This document shows, piece by piece, positions 8,919 through 17,746 of a DNA stretch of 64,000 bases. Numbering within the stretch: position 1 is the first letter of the stretch; each line of letters starts with the position of its first letter. The notes beneath the pieces are model-generated. The model saw nothing but the letters and a program-made list of their open reading frames with translations. It was not told the origin of the DNA and did no database searches. Source of the stretch: a virus; the IMG/VR virus record IMGVR_UViG_3300023210_000017, positions 1 through 64,000 of that record. The stretch is one strand, 5' to 3'. Made by a program: the position numbers and the translations under genes.

Positions 8919-10337
8919 ATGAGTATTAAGTATAGTGAAATATTTTCAGCTAATCAAGTTCTTTCTGCTGGACCAAATGATATAATTGTTATTGCAGTTG
9001 TTGATGGAGCTTCTTCAACCGGCTACACAACAAAAGCAATTAAGAAATCTAATCTAATTGCAGATCCTTTATTTACAAGTTTAACTACAGTAGGTACAAC
9101 AGGTGCATCAACTCTAGTTTCAGGAGTATTAAATATTCCAACGTATGGTGGAGGTATAGTTGACTCTGTTACGGGTTTAAATACAGATAATTCAGATCCC
9201 GTAAACCCTATTATTAAATTAGCGGTTGATGCTGTTACAATTACGGGAGCGGGAACAGTTGCAGATCCTTTAGTTGCTAGTGGACAAGGTTTAGGTGTGA
9301 TTGATCAAACTTTAATTGGTAATAGAACTGTAACTATGGCCGGGTTTGATTTAATATTTACTTCAGTGGGTGATCCATTCATGCTTTTTTTAGATGCACC
9401 AGGAGGTAACGTAGGTATTGGAAATGCACCTTCACTAGGTAAGTTGCATGTTGATGGCACAATTGCATCAAACGATAATTTATTGCTAAGAGATAGCGGT
9501 AATGGAAATAGTGGTATCTTAACTAGAGAGGCGTTAGTAACTTCAGATCAAACTTGGACACTGCCTGACAATACAGGAACTATTGCTTTATTATCTGATA
9601 TACCGGCTATTACTGGAGATGGTATTTATGGAGGTAATGGTACTATACCAGCTGCTGTAGTTGCCACACTGACAGATAATATAGAACTTGCAGCTAACTT
9701 TGTTGGTGAAGCTGCTTTTTCAATTAGCAATACAGGTTTATTAGGTAGATCTAAAATTAAAATAGTTGCGGGTACTGAATCCATGAACCTATATACTACT
9801 CTTGCTCAAGGACATATCATTAGTTCAAATGATCCCAATGGATTACATATAGACTCAACAACTGCAAACGTTACCATAAGCACTCTAGCAGGTACAGTTA
9901 TAGAAGGAACCGCAGCAGGAAATGTTAAGATGTATGGAGGAACAGATTCTAATCTATTTCATTTAGTAAATTCAACTGATAGAATACAAATAGGAACAAA
10001 TGCTGGTCTTCCAGTTAAGGTGTCAATTAAAAATACAAATGCATCAGATGATGTTTTTACTGCAATTAATAGTATAGGTACATTGGGTATGACATTTAAA
10101 GAAGACGGATTACTTTTTATAAATGATAAAATTTCTGTTGGAAATGCAAGTCCATCTTCTGCTTCTAGAATACAAGCATTGGGTGATATTGAAATTACAC
10201 AAACTACTGCATGGTATTATTTAGGAGATCCTACTACAGATGGCTCATGGAGATTTGGAACAAATGCAGGAGCGGATTTCTTACACCAAAAAAGAGAAGT
10301 TGGAGTATGGGTAACTAAACAAACAATTGCAGCATAA
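8919..10337 (+). CDS. tail fibre-like protein
   Basis: Gly/Thr-rich; fibre motifs LTTVGTTGASTLVSGVLNIP, GNVGIG, TWTLPDNTGTIALLSDI, YLGDPTTDGSWR. Confidence 0.7.
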   Translation: MSIKYSEIFSANQVLSAGPNDIIVIAVVDGASSTGYTTKAIKKSNLIADPLFTSLTTVGTTGASTLVSGVLNIPTYGGGIVDSVTGLNTDNSDPVNPIIKLAVDAVTITGAGTVADPLVASGQGLGVIDQTLIGNRTVTMAGFDLIFTSVGDPFMLFLDAPGGNVGIGNAPSLGKLHVDGTIASNDNLLLRDSGNGNSGILTREALVTSDQTWTLPDNTGTIALLSDIPAITGDGIYGGNGTIPAAVVATLTDNIELAANFVGEAAFSISNTGLLGRSKIKIVAGTESMNLYTTLAQGHIISSNDPNGLHIDSTTANVTISTLAGTVIEGTAAGNVKMYGGTDSNLFHLVNSTDRIQIGTNAGLPVKVSIKNTNASDDVFTAINSIGTLGMTFKEDGLLFINDKISVGNASPSSASRIQALGDIEITQTTAWYYLGDPTTDGSWRFGTNAGADFLHQKREVGVWVTKQTIAA

Positions 10338-10362
10338 TATAAATAAACCAAAAAAATAAAAA

Positions 10363-10557
10363 ATGTCATTAGAAAAAACAGCTAACACAGAAGAGTTAAC
10401 TCTTAAAAATTTAGAACAAGTTTTTATTCTTGCAAGATTGCAAATGGTTAATTCAAGACCAAATGATAAAGATGGATTAATACATCTTATAAATTTTGAA
10501 ACACAGGTCTTAGAAAAGATAAAGAAATGTGAAGAGTGCAGTATAGAAAAAGAATAA
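10363..10557 (+). CDS. small hypothetical protein (possible fibre chaperone)
   Basis: 64 aa helical protein directly after the fibre gene. Confidence 0.45.
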   Translation: MSLEKTANTEELTLKNLEQVFILARLQMVNSRPNDKDGLIHLINFETQVLEKIKKCEECSIEKE

Positions 10558-10577
10558 AATAATTATATATAGAAACT

Positions 10578-13500
10578 ATGATACCATCAAATACTAATAC
10601 AACAGCGCCTTGTAGTCCAATTTCTTCAAACTGTGTAGTTTGGCAAGGTCCTGATATTGCATGTATAGCATTATGCAATGGGGATTCAGTTAGTGATGTA
10701 GTAGCAGCATTAGCAACAAAGCTTTGTGAAATAATTGACTCAGCTTGTGATTGTAATCCAGATCTTGCTGGTTTAGATTTAAAATGTACATTGGCTGCAG
10801 GAGCATCTACTCCAGAAACATTAGAAGAAACAATTCAAATTATAATAGATTTTGTATGTGCTCAAGCTTTAATAGAATCTAACATTCCAGATTTAACTTT
10901 ACCGGATTGCCTGCAATATAGATCTTGTGAGTCATGTCCTTTAATTACAGAACTTCCACTTGCAGAGTGGGCGCTTTTAATTGGAACGGCAATTTGCAAT
11001 ATGGAAGATGCGATAGGGAGAACTAACATTGCTATTAATAGTATTAATATTAGACTTGCAACACTTGAAGCTTGCGTTTTACCATGTAATTCACTTGATA
11101 CAATAGATATGAAGATAGTATCATCTTGTCTTTTTAAAGGTCAAGAGGTTACTTCATCTACTTTACTTTTAGCTCTTGAAACAGAGTTTTGTAAGACGTT
11201 AGAATCAGTAGGTAGTTCAGGGCAAGTAGGTGAAGCAATTAGTGCTCAGGGAATACGTGCTACAGATAAAAGGTTAACAACTGCAGGAACAATTGGGGAT
11301 ATAGCCGGATGGAATACTTCTCCTGCGAATTTAGCTCAATCTGTTTCAAATGAATGGAGGATGATAGATGAGTTATATTCAGCTGTTGCTAGCATACAAG
11401 CTAACGCACCCACTCAATGTGATGGTGTAAGTTTTATTTTTACATATAATGTTATAGATAGTTCTGGTACTGGTATTGTAGATAAAGTAAATTTAAATTT
11501 TCAAGGAACTATACTTCCGCAAGGTTTTATAGATTGTGGTGGATCAACTGTAATTACAATCACTGATTCTAATGGTAGTTTTGTAAATCAAGCTGTTACA
11601 GTCTCTAATTTAACTGGCGCAACGGGAGGAGCTAATATTGATATTACATCTTTAAATAGATTGCAATCATTAAGTTTAAGTATTCCATTTTGCGTTACAG
11701 ATGGTGTTTCACAATGTGCAGACAAACAACAAGTTATCATCCCGTTAACTGTCCCATGCCCTACAGTTACCGTTACTGGAACTAGTCTTGGTATTGGTGT
11801 AAGTTTTGTAAATCTACTGGGACCTACAGTTTCATATAGAATATCAGCAACAAGTATTACTACTGGTGTAGTAATAGGCAATGTGTTACTCAATAATCAA
11901 TCAGGACAAGTAAGTTATACTTTTCCAAAACCTCTTGCAGGAGAAACATATTCTATTGTAGTATCCGTTGAGACAGAAGGAGTCAGCATGGTTACGTGTC
12001 CAGCCCAAACAACAACTATACCTGGAGCTACATGTATTGATTTAGAAGTAACTACACCTTCAACAAGTGTTCCAGTTACTGGAGATATTTATTTAGGCTT
12101 ATATGATGATGGTCCAGCTATAACAAGATATTGGTATGATCCTAATACAGCAATAATTAAATCAGAAAATGTTGGCGCAACCGTTCCTTGTGATTCACCT
12201 ATATTATCAAATCCTGTAATGGATTATTTAGGTACTCCAGGGGATGTTGAAGTAACCGTTAGTTATGGTACAGAACCTTCTCCTGTAAGTGCTGAAATAT
12301 CATATAGTGTAAATGGAATAACTTATATAGGTTCAAATGTTGGTATAGATGGCTCAAGAATAATTGCAACAGGGCAAACATCCGGTTCAGTTTATATACA
12401 AGTACAAACAGCATGTACTGGACCAATAGTAAGCGTCCCTTCAATTATAAGATATGATTTTGCAACAGGAGTTTGGACAACAATTCAAAGTCCTGCTGAA
12501 TGCGCTATTACTTCTATAACTACAGGCTGTCCTGCAGGTATTGAAGTTGCAAGACAATTTTTAAACTGCGGTCCTTCTACATATACTGTATTTGGTGGTT
12601 CTGCAGATAGTTATTGGTTTTATATTGGAAAAAGAGAGGTTGCAAATGTTGGAACAAGATATATTTATGCTGGTTGGGATAATGCAACTCAATCTGTAAG
12701 AACTATAGTTGAATGCTGTACTTGCCCAACTTTTATATTAACAGATCCAATTCAAGTATTATGTGGACATGATGGTGATTCAGTTACTGTTACAGTACCG
12801 TACGTGCTAGGATCAGGTGAACCTGAAATGACAATTTTTACTAATCCAGTTCTTGGTACAGTAGTTCAGGGCACTAATACTAATGAATTTATTTATACAG
12901 CAATTAATCCAAGTGGTGGTTCTGATTATGCAGATACTTTTCAAATTCAACTTCAACCTTCTGTTCCAGGAGCAGGAGCATGCTCATTAGCAACTGCAGT
13001 AATTCAAGTTCAGTATAAAAATTCTAAAACTAAATTAAGATATATTGATCAAGATTTATATGTATATATTAATGCTAATAGTTATACTGCTGCACAAGGA
13101 ACGTCAATTCAATTAGGTATATCAGAGTTAATTAATTATTGGATAGCTGAATTTGGATATTCAGGAAATGTTTACTTTATTCCAACAGATGATCCACGAT
13201 GGGCAAGCTATCCTAAATCTTTTGTTGATGATGGAGCAAGTTGGCTTCAATCTGCTAATTTAAGTTGGCAAGCATTAGAGGCGTTACCAACTTCATGGTC
13301 TGGAGGAGTACCTGTATATAAAAATGCAGCAATGATGTTGATTCTTTCTAATAGTTCTGAAGGAGCTTATCATGACTCAACTTTAGCTGCTGGATATGGT
13401 AGTGGTCTAACAGCACAACCTACTCTTGAATATAAAGAAGATTATGATGCGCTTAAAGATATGCTTACCGGCACACAATCTAGCATATGGGCTCAAAATT

Positions 13501-14180
13501 TAAACATTACTCAAAATCAAATTATAGAAGGTTTAAGCATAGTATTATATCCTTTAACTGTAAATGATTCTGGTGGTGCTGACGCTGCAAACATACTTCA
13601 AATGATGGCTGCTTATACTGCACAATTAATTCCACCAAGTAAATATGGAATTCCTACAGCGGTAGATGTTACAAGTTTTATGTTGCAAGGATTTGCTCCA
13701 ACGATGCCTTACACGGGCGCTACTACACCTACTAATACAATAACTCAATTATTTGATAATGCAGGTTTAGGAATGCTTGCTTTGTTAGATCAAGAAAATA
13801 GCTCTGAAATAATAAATGAAATAAGTCTTGGTACTAATACACAATTTACTGAAACATTAACAAGAGCAATAAAAGATGATGCTAACGCATATCCAGCAGC
13901 AACTATACCTACATCAAATATATTTGAGGTAGGAGATTGTGCTAATGGAGATGTATATTATGTTAGAATACCAGGTTACTTATGTGGTAATATTGGCAAT
14001 GGTACAATTATGAAATTAACAAATAATGGAGCAACTTATCCAGCAAGTGGTGGAAGATTAAGTTGGGACACCTTAACTTCTAAATGTATTACTATAAATG
14101 ATAACTGTTCTGCTGGACCTTTTGAACTTATTGCTAACTTAGATAGTACATATACAGAATGTATTCTTTGTACACCTTAA
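10578..14180 (+). CDS. large Cys-rich virion structural protein (fibre/hub, Ig/FN3-like repeats)
   Basis: 1200 aa; N-terminal CSPISSNCVVWQGPDIACI domain, short coiled coil, then beta-sandwich-like segments. Confidence 0.6.
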   Translation: MIPSNTNTTAPCSPISSNCVVWQGPDIACIALCNGDSVSDVVAALATKLCEIIDSACDCNPDLAGLDLKCTLAAGASTPETLEETIQIIIDFVCAQALIESNIPDLTLPDCLQYRSCESCPLITELPLAEWALLIGTAICNMEDAIGRTNIAINSINIRLATLEACVLPCNSLDTIDMKIVSSCLFKGQEVTSSTLLLALETEFCKTLESVGSSGQVGEAISAQGIRATDKRLTTAGTIGDIAGWNTSPANLAQSVSNEWRMIDELYSAVASIQANAPTQCDGVSFIFTYNVIDSSGTGIVDKVNLNFQGTILPQGFIDCGGSTVITITDSNGSFVNQAVTVSNLTGATGGANIDITSLNRLQSLSLSIPFCVTDGVSQCADKQQVIIPLTVPCPTVTVTGTSLGIGVSFVNLLGPTVSYRISATSITTGVVIGNVLLNNQSGQVSYTFPKPLAGETYSIVVSVETEGVSMVTCPAQTTTIPGATCIDLEVTTPSTSVPVTGDIYLGLYDDGPAITRYWYDPNTAIIKSENVGATVPCDSPILSNPVMDYLGTPGDVEVTVSYGTEPSPVSAEISYSVNGITYIGSNVGIDGSRIIATGQTSGSVYIQVQTACTGPIVSVPSIIRYDFATGVWTTIQSPAECAITSITTGCPAGIEVARQFLNCGPSTYTVFGGSADSYWFYIGKREVANVGTRYIYAGWDNATQSVRTIVECCTCPTFILTDPIQVLCGHDGDSVTVTVPYVLGSGEPEMTIFTNPVLGTVVQGTNTNEFIYTAINPSGGSDYADTFQIQLQPSVPGAGACSLATAVIQVQYKNSKTKLRYIDQDLYVYINANSYTAAQGTSIQLGISELINYWIAEFGYSGNVYFIPTDDPRWASYPKSFVDDGASWLQSANLSWQALEALPTSWSGGVPVYKNAAMMLILSNSSEGAYHDSTLAAGYGSGLTAQPTLEYKEDYDALKDMLTGTQSSIWAQNLNITQNQIIEGLSIVLYPLTVNDSGGADAANILQMMAAYTAQLIPPSKYGIPTAVDVTSFMLQGFAPTMPYTGATTPTNTITQLFDNAGLGMLALLDQENSSEIINEISLGTNTQFTETLTRAIKDDANAYPAATIPTSNIFEVGDCANGDVYYVRIPGYLCGNIGNGTIMKLTNNGATYPASGGRLSWDTLTSKCITINDNCSAGPFELIANLDSTYTECILCTP

Positions 14181-14197
14181 TAATAAAATAAAAAAAA

Positions 14198-15064
14198 ATG
14201 GCTTGTAATTGTACAAAATGTAATTCAAATAAACCATGCGGTTGCTTAGATCCTGCATTAACTAATCCTTGTTCATATACAGATTGTTGTGATGGAGAGA
14301 CATGTGAAGAAATATCTTTGGCAAATTGCGTATCTTGGCCTGGTCCAGATATCTGTGAATTTGATATTAAGATAGGAGACAGAATGGATGAAGTTATTAA
14401 AAAACTTATTTTAGCAACTTCTCAAACAAGCTGTATAGCAACATTTTCCGGAGCATCTGTATTATTTGAAGATTCTGTAGAAGAACCTTCAGGTTGTGTA
14501 ACAAGAACATATACAGTCACTTATTATAAAGAATCACCCGGAGGTCCTAGTGTTCCTGTAGATACTATAGTGTTTTCAACACCTCCAATATGTCCTGATA
14601 ATTCTCTTCATAATGATTTTGTTGGAGAGGGTGCAATTAACCTTACATTATCATTATTGGGCAGTAAGACGTATACCATGCCAGCAAACACTTTAAATCA
14701 GGTTGGAGATGTGCTTTCGGTTAAAGGTGCTGTATTAAAAAATACAAATAGCATTACTGATATTATAAATGTAACTATTGGTGGTGGTGATATAACTAAT
14801 GAGACATCCTATTTGTTTAGCTCAACAAGTCAAGAAATTGCACACATAAGTATTGATTTCACTTATTTAACTAGCACCACTTTTAATACTAGACTCAATA
14901 TTGATTTTGCAGATCTTGTCCTTGGTATTGTTAGGGAATCAATAGTTCTTGATAGTATACAGACTCTAAGTGCTTCACAAGACTTTTTAGTAGACGATAT
15001 AACTATACAGTTGCTAGGTCAAGGTTCATTTACTGCTTTAGATCTTCAAATTAATAAAAAATAA
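14198..15064 (+). CDS. Cys-rich structural protein
   Basis: 288 aa; MACNCTKC...CGC start; NCVSWPGPDIC segment paralogous to 10578..14180. Confidence 0.55.
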   Translation: MACNCTKCNSNKPCGCLDPALTNPCSYTDCCDGETCEEISLANCVSWPGPDICEFDIKIGDRMDEVIKKLILATSQTSCIATFSGASVLFEDSVEEPSGCVTRTYTVTYYKESPGGPSVPVDTIVFSTPPICPDNSLHNDFVGEGAINLTLSLLGSKTYTMPANTLNQVGDVLSVKGAVLKNTNSITDIINVTIGGGDITNETSYLFSSTSQEIAHISIDFTYLTSTTFNTRLNIDFADLVLGIVRESIVLDSIQTLSASQDFLVDDITIQLLGQGSFTALDLQINKK

Positions 15065-15068
15065 AAAA

Positions 15069-15809
15069 ATGGCAAATTGCAATGATAAAGGATGCCCATG
15101 TCCACCACCTATAACTATTCCAGGATTAAATGGTGTAGATGGCACAGATGGAATAAATGGAACTGATGGAATAAATGGAACTGATGGAATAAATGGAACT
15201 GATGGCACTAACGGTATTGATGGAACAAACGGAACAAACGGTACAGATGGAACTAATGGGGCTGTTACAAGTTTAACTACAACTGGTACTTCAGGAGCAT
15301 CAACTTTATTGGGTGGAGTGTTAAATATTCCGAGCTATGCAACAGGTGGTTTTACTCATTACTTAGGAGAAGATTTTGACGGTGGAATTATTTATCACTT
15401 GTGGAAAGATAATCTTGGTGTAGAACATGGCTTAATAGTAAATAAAACAGAACAATTAACTACAAACTGGCAAGCAACAGGAACTTTAACCGGTGCAGAC
15501 AGATCAGAAGATGGTGATTTTAATACTAACTTAATGACACTTAGTGACGCTGAAACTTATGTTACAAGTTTAGGAGCAGGTTGGTACTTACCAAGTATTG
15601 ATGAGTTAAATTTATTATATGACAACAGGTTTAATACCAACAAAGCATTACGTGCAGGAGGAGATACCTTACTCTCAACAACAGCTTACTATTGGAGTAG
15701 CACGGAGTACAATACGACAACTGCGTTCATCTTAAATTTCATCTTTGGAACCTCGGCCAACATCAATAAGTCCAATGCCTACAGTGTTCGTGCAGTTAGG
15801 GCTTTTTAA
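15069..15809 (+). CDS. collagen-repeat fibre with C-terminal DUF1566 (C-type-lectin fold) domain; DGR-target-like
   Basis: G-X-D/N triplets; WYLPSIDEL, YWSSTE and terminal VRAVRAF motifs. Confidence 0.8.
   Translation: MANCNDKGCPCPPPITIPGLNGVDGTDGINGTDGINGTDGINGTDGTNGIDGTNGTNGTDGTNGAVTSLTTTGTSGASTLLGGVLNIPSYATGGFTHYLGEDFDGGIIYHLWKDNLGVEHGLIVNKTEQLTTNWQATGTLTGADRSEDGDFNTNLMTLSDAETYVTSLGAGWYLPSIDELNLLYDNRFNTNKALRAGGDTLLSTTAYYWSSTEYNTTTAFILNFIFGTSANINKSNAYSVRAVRAF
15147..15205 (+). repeat. 3 exact 18-bp tandem copies GATGGAATAAATGGAACT (collagen DGINGT)
   Basis: Read directly from the sequence. Confidence 0.9.
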
Positions 15810-15832
15810 ATAATTAAATAAAAAAATGAATT

Positions 15833-16165
15833 ATGGCAAATTGTGACGATAAATGTGGATGTCCACCCCCTGTAGTAATTCCTAGTACTAATGTAGGTCC
15901 AGAAGGTCCTCAAGGGATACAAGGGATAGCAGGAAATGATGGTATAGACGGTACTGATGGTACAGATGGAACTAATGGAGCAAACGGAACAGATGGAACA
16001 GATGGATTATTTGGTAGAGGTATAGCTGTATTTATACAAAATACAGAACCAGATCAAACAGATTTTAATACTAACTATGGAACTATTGATGGATTTGGTG
16101 TAAACGGAATACCGGGAAGTAATACATTTAAACCAGGAGATCTTTGGATAGAAATTTGTCCTTAA
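15833..16165 (+). CDS. short collagen-like protein
   Basis: MANCDDKCGCPPP start (similar to 15069) then GPEGPQGIQGIAGNDG... triplets; ends PGDLWI. Confidence 0.7.
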   Translation: MANCDDKCGCPPPVVIPSTNVGPEGPQGIQGIAGNDGIDGTDGTDGTNGANGTDGTDGLFGRGIAVFIQNTEPDQTDFNTNYGTIDGFGVNGIPGSNTFKPGDLWIEICP

Positions 16166-16188
16166 TAAAATAAATAAAAAATTACAAC

Positions 16189-17193
16189 ATGGCTTGGGGT
16201 GTAGATTTTGGTATAGCAGAATTAAGAGAGTTTGGTTCAGATCCTATTAATGGAAATACAGGTGGTGGTACTTTACTAAGTGATTTCTTTGGTGCTCCTT
16301 GTGGTTATCCAAATAATCAATTTAAGATTACAATAACTTTATTTGGAAACAAAGAAGGAGCTGATTTAGGACAACCTTTAACTTGGGCTGATGTTAATAC
16401 CGTAAAGATAAGATTTTATAGTGCATTCCCTGCAAATGTTAATCATTGGTTTGTTGTACAGGTAAATGCATCAGAATTTGCATGGACTGTTGGAAATACT
16501 GTCTTAACTATTCCAGAAAATCATGTTTTTTCTTCTGGTATTATTAATGTGGGCTATAATGGGCCTTGTAATTTAAATCCTTCCGAACTTTACAGTCTAA
16601 CAGTTGGTCCAACGTTTTCACAACCAAATATATTTAATGTTTTTGATCCTAATGATCCGTTGATGATTTTTGGTTGTCCTAATTTTCCAGAATGTACTTT
16701 TTCAACAAACAGGAATCTTCAGGTAATTGTTCCCTCAATAAATGGACCTTGTGCTATTTCAAGTCTTTCTATAGTTGAGAGTTTTCCATGCAATCCTGAA
16801 ACTAATACTTATTCAGTAACAGTTGAAGTAACTTATACAAATGCACCTGCTGCTGGAAATCTAATTGTAAATGGTCAAACTTTTGCAATAACATCAAGTC
16901 CCCAAGATTGCCTATTAACAGGACTACCCGCAGATGGACTTCCTGTTGATGTAACAGCTATCTTTGGTGCTGAACCCGCTTGTAATTTGACAGTTCCAGG
17001 TTTATATACTGCTCCTAACTCTTGTTCTTGTGTAGAAACATATCAAATATTTGATGGAACTAATTGGGTAAACCCCTGTGACTGCAATGTTAATATTATG
17101 GATAGTACCAATACTTGGCAAAGAGTGGATCCAGCAAATTGCCCAACTAGATATTGGGATGGTACTCAATGGGTTTTAATTGAATGCCCTTAA
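16189..17193 (+). CDS. putative fibre-associated structural protein
   Basis: 334 aa, beta/Cys-rich; C-terminal FDGTNW/YWDGTQW motifs. Confidence 0.5.
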   Translation: MAWGVDFGIAELREFGSDPINGNTGGGTLLSDFFGAPCGYPNNQFKITITLFGNKEGADLGQPLTWADVNTVKIRFYSAFPANVNHWFVVQVNASEFAWTVGNTVLTIPENHVFSSGIINVGYNGPCNLNPSELYSLTVGPTFSQPNIFNVFDPNDPLMIFGCPNFPECTFSTNRNLQVIVPSINGPCAISSLSIVESFPCNPETNTYSVTVEVTYTNAPAAGNLIVNGQTFAITSSPQDCLLTGLPADGLPVDVTAIFGAEPACNLTVPGLYTAPNSCSCVETYQIFDGTNWVNPCDCNVNIMDSTNTWQRVDPANCPTRYWDGTQWVLIECP

Positions 17194-17248
17194 TAAAAAT
17201 TATATAATATCAAATTTAATAATACAAATATTTAAAAAAAAAAGAGTT

Positions 17249-17575
17249 ATGCCAGGATGTACACCATGTAACGAATGCACCAATTACGGAGAAGAGACGG
17301 CTTGCTTAAGCCCTATTAATTTATCATTCATAAGTTTAACAAGTATGTCAGTTGGTCTTACTTGGGATGTAAGCGCTAATGCAATTAACTATAATGTTGA
17401 ATATAAAGAATCAACAAGTTCAACTTGGATTATATTATCTCCTATTCCAGCACCAACAAATGCTATGACTGTCATTGGATTAACTCCAGATACAGAATAT
17501 GACTTTAGAGTTAGTGCAGAATGTGCAGCAAAATCATGCTACTCATTGACAGTTAGAAAAAAGACTTGCCTTTAG
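17249..17575 (+). CDS. fibronectin type III domain protein
   Basis: P.NL...LTW....YNVEYK...W...VIGLTPDTEYDFRVSAEC is a canonical FN3 pattern; ATG at 17249 preferred to 17180. Confidence 0.8.
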   Translation: MPGCTPCNECTNYGEETACLSPINLSFISLTSMSVGLTWDVSANAINYNVEYKESTSSTWIILSPIPAPTNAMTVIGLTPDTEYDFRVSAECAAKSCYSLTVRKKTCL

Positions 17576-17579
17576 AATT

Positions 17580-17702
17580 ATATTGTAGATGCTTGCAATA
17601 GCATGGATATATTAATCACAATATTACTATAACAGAGGCAATAATTTGTTGGTTTTTTATTGCTAAAGTTTGGAAGCCTGGTTAACGCTGGGCTTCTTTT
17701 TT
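17580..17702 (+). ncRNA. candidate small RNA / structured 3' UTR
   Basis: ATATTGT/ACAATAT enclosing ATGCT/AGCAT; then GCAATAA/TTATTGC hairpin; then terminator. Confidence 0.35.
17673..17702 (+). terminator. rho-independent terminator
   Basis: GAAGCCTGG-TTAACG-CTGGGCTTC (two G-U pairs) followed by T6. Confidence 0.75.
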
Positions 17703-17721
17703 AAATGCTATTGGTATATTC

Positions 17722-17742
17722 ATAAAATATTTATTAATTTAG
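17722..17742 (+). promoter_or_regulatory. candidate promoter (TTTATTAATTTAG class)
   Basis: Near-identical to 38491..38510; both end 4 nt before ATG. Confidence 0.5.
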
Positions 17743-17746
17743 TGCC

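Noticed and set aside
15121-16010. Tandem GATGGAAC-type repeats as a CRISPR array
   Set aside because: In-frame collagen G-X-Y coding repeats with no unique spacers and no cas genes
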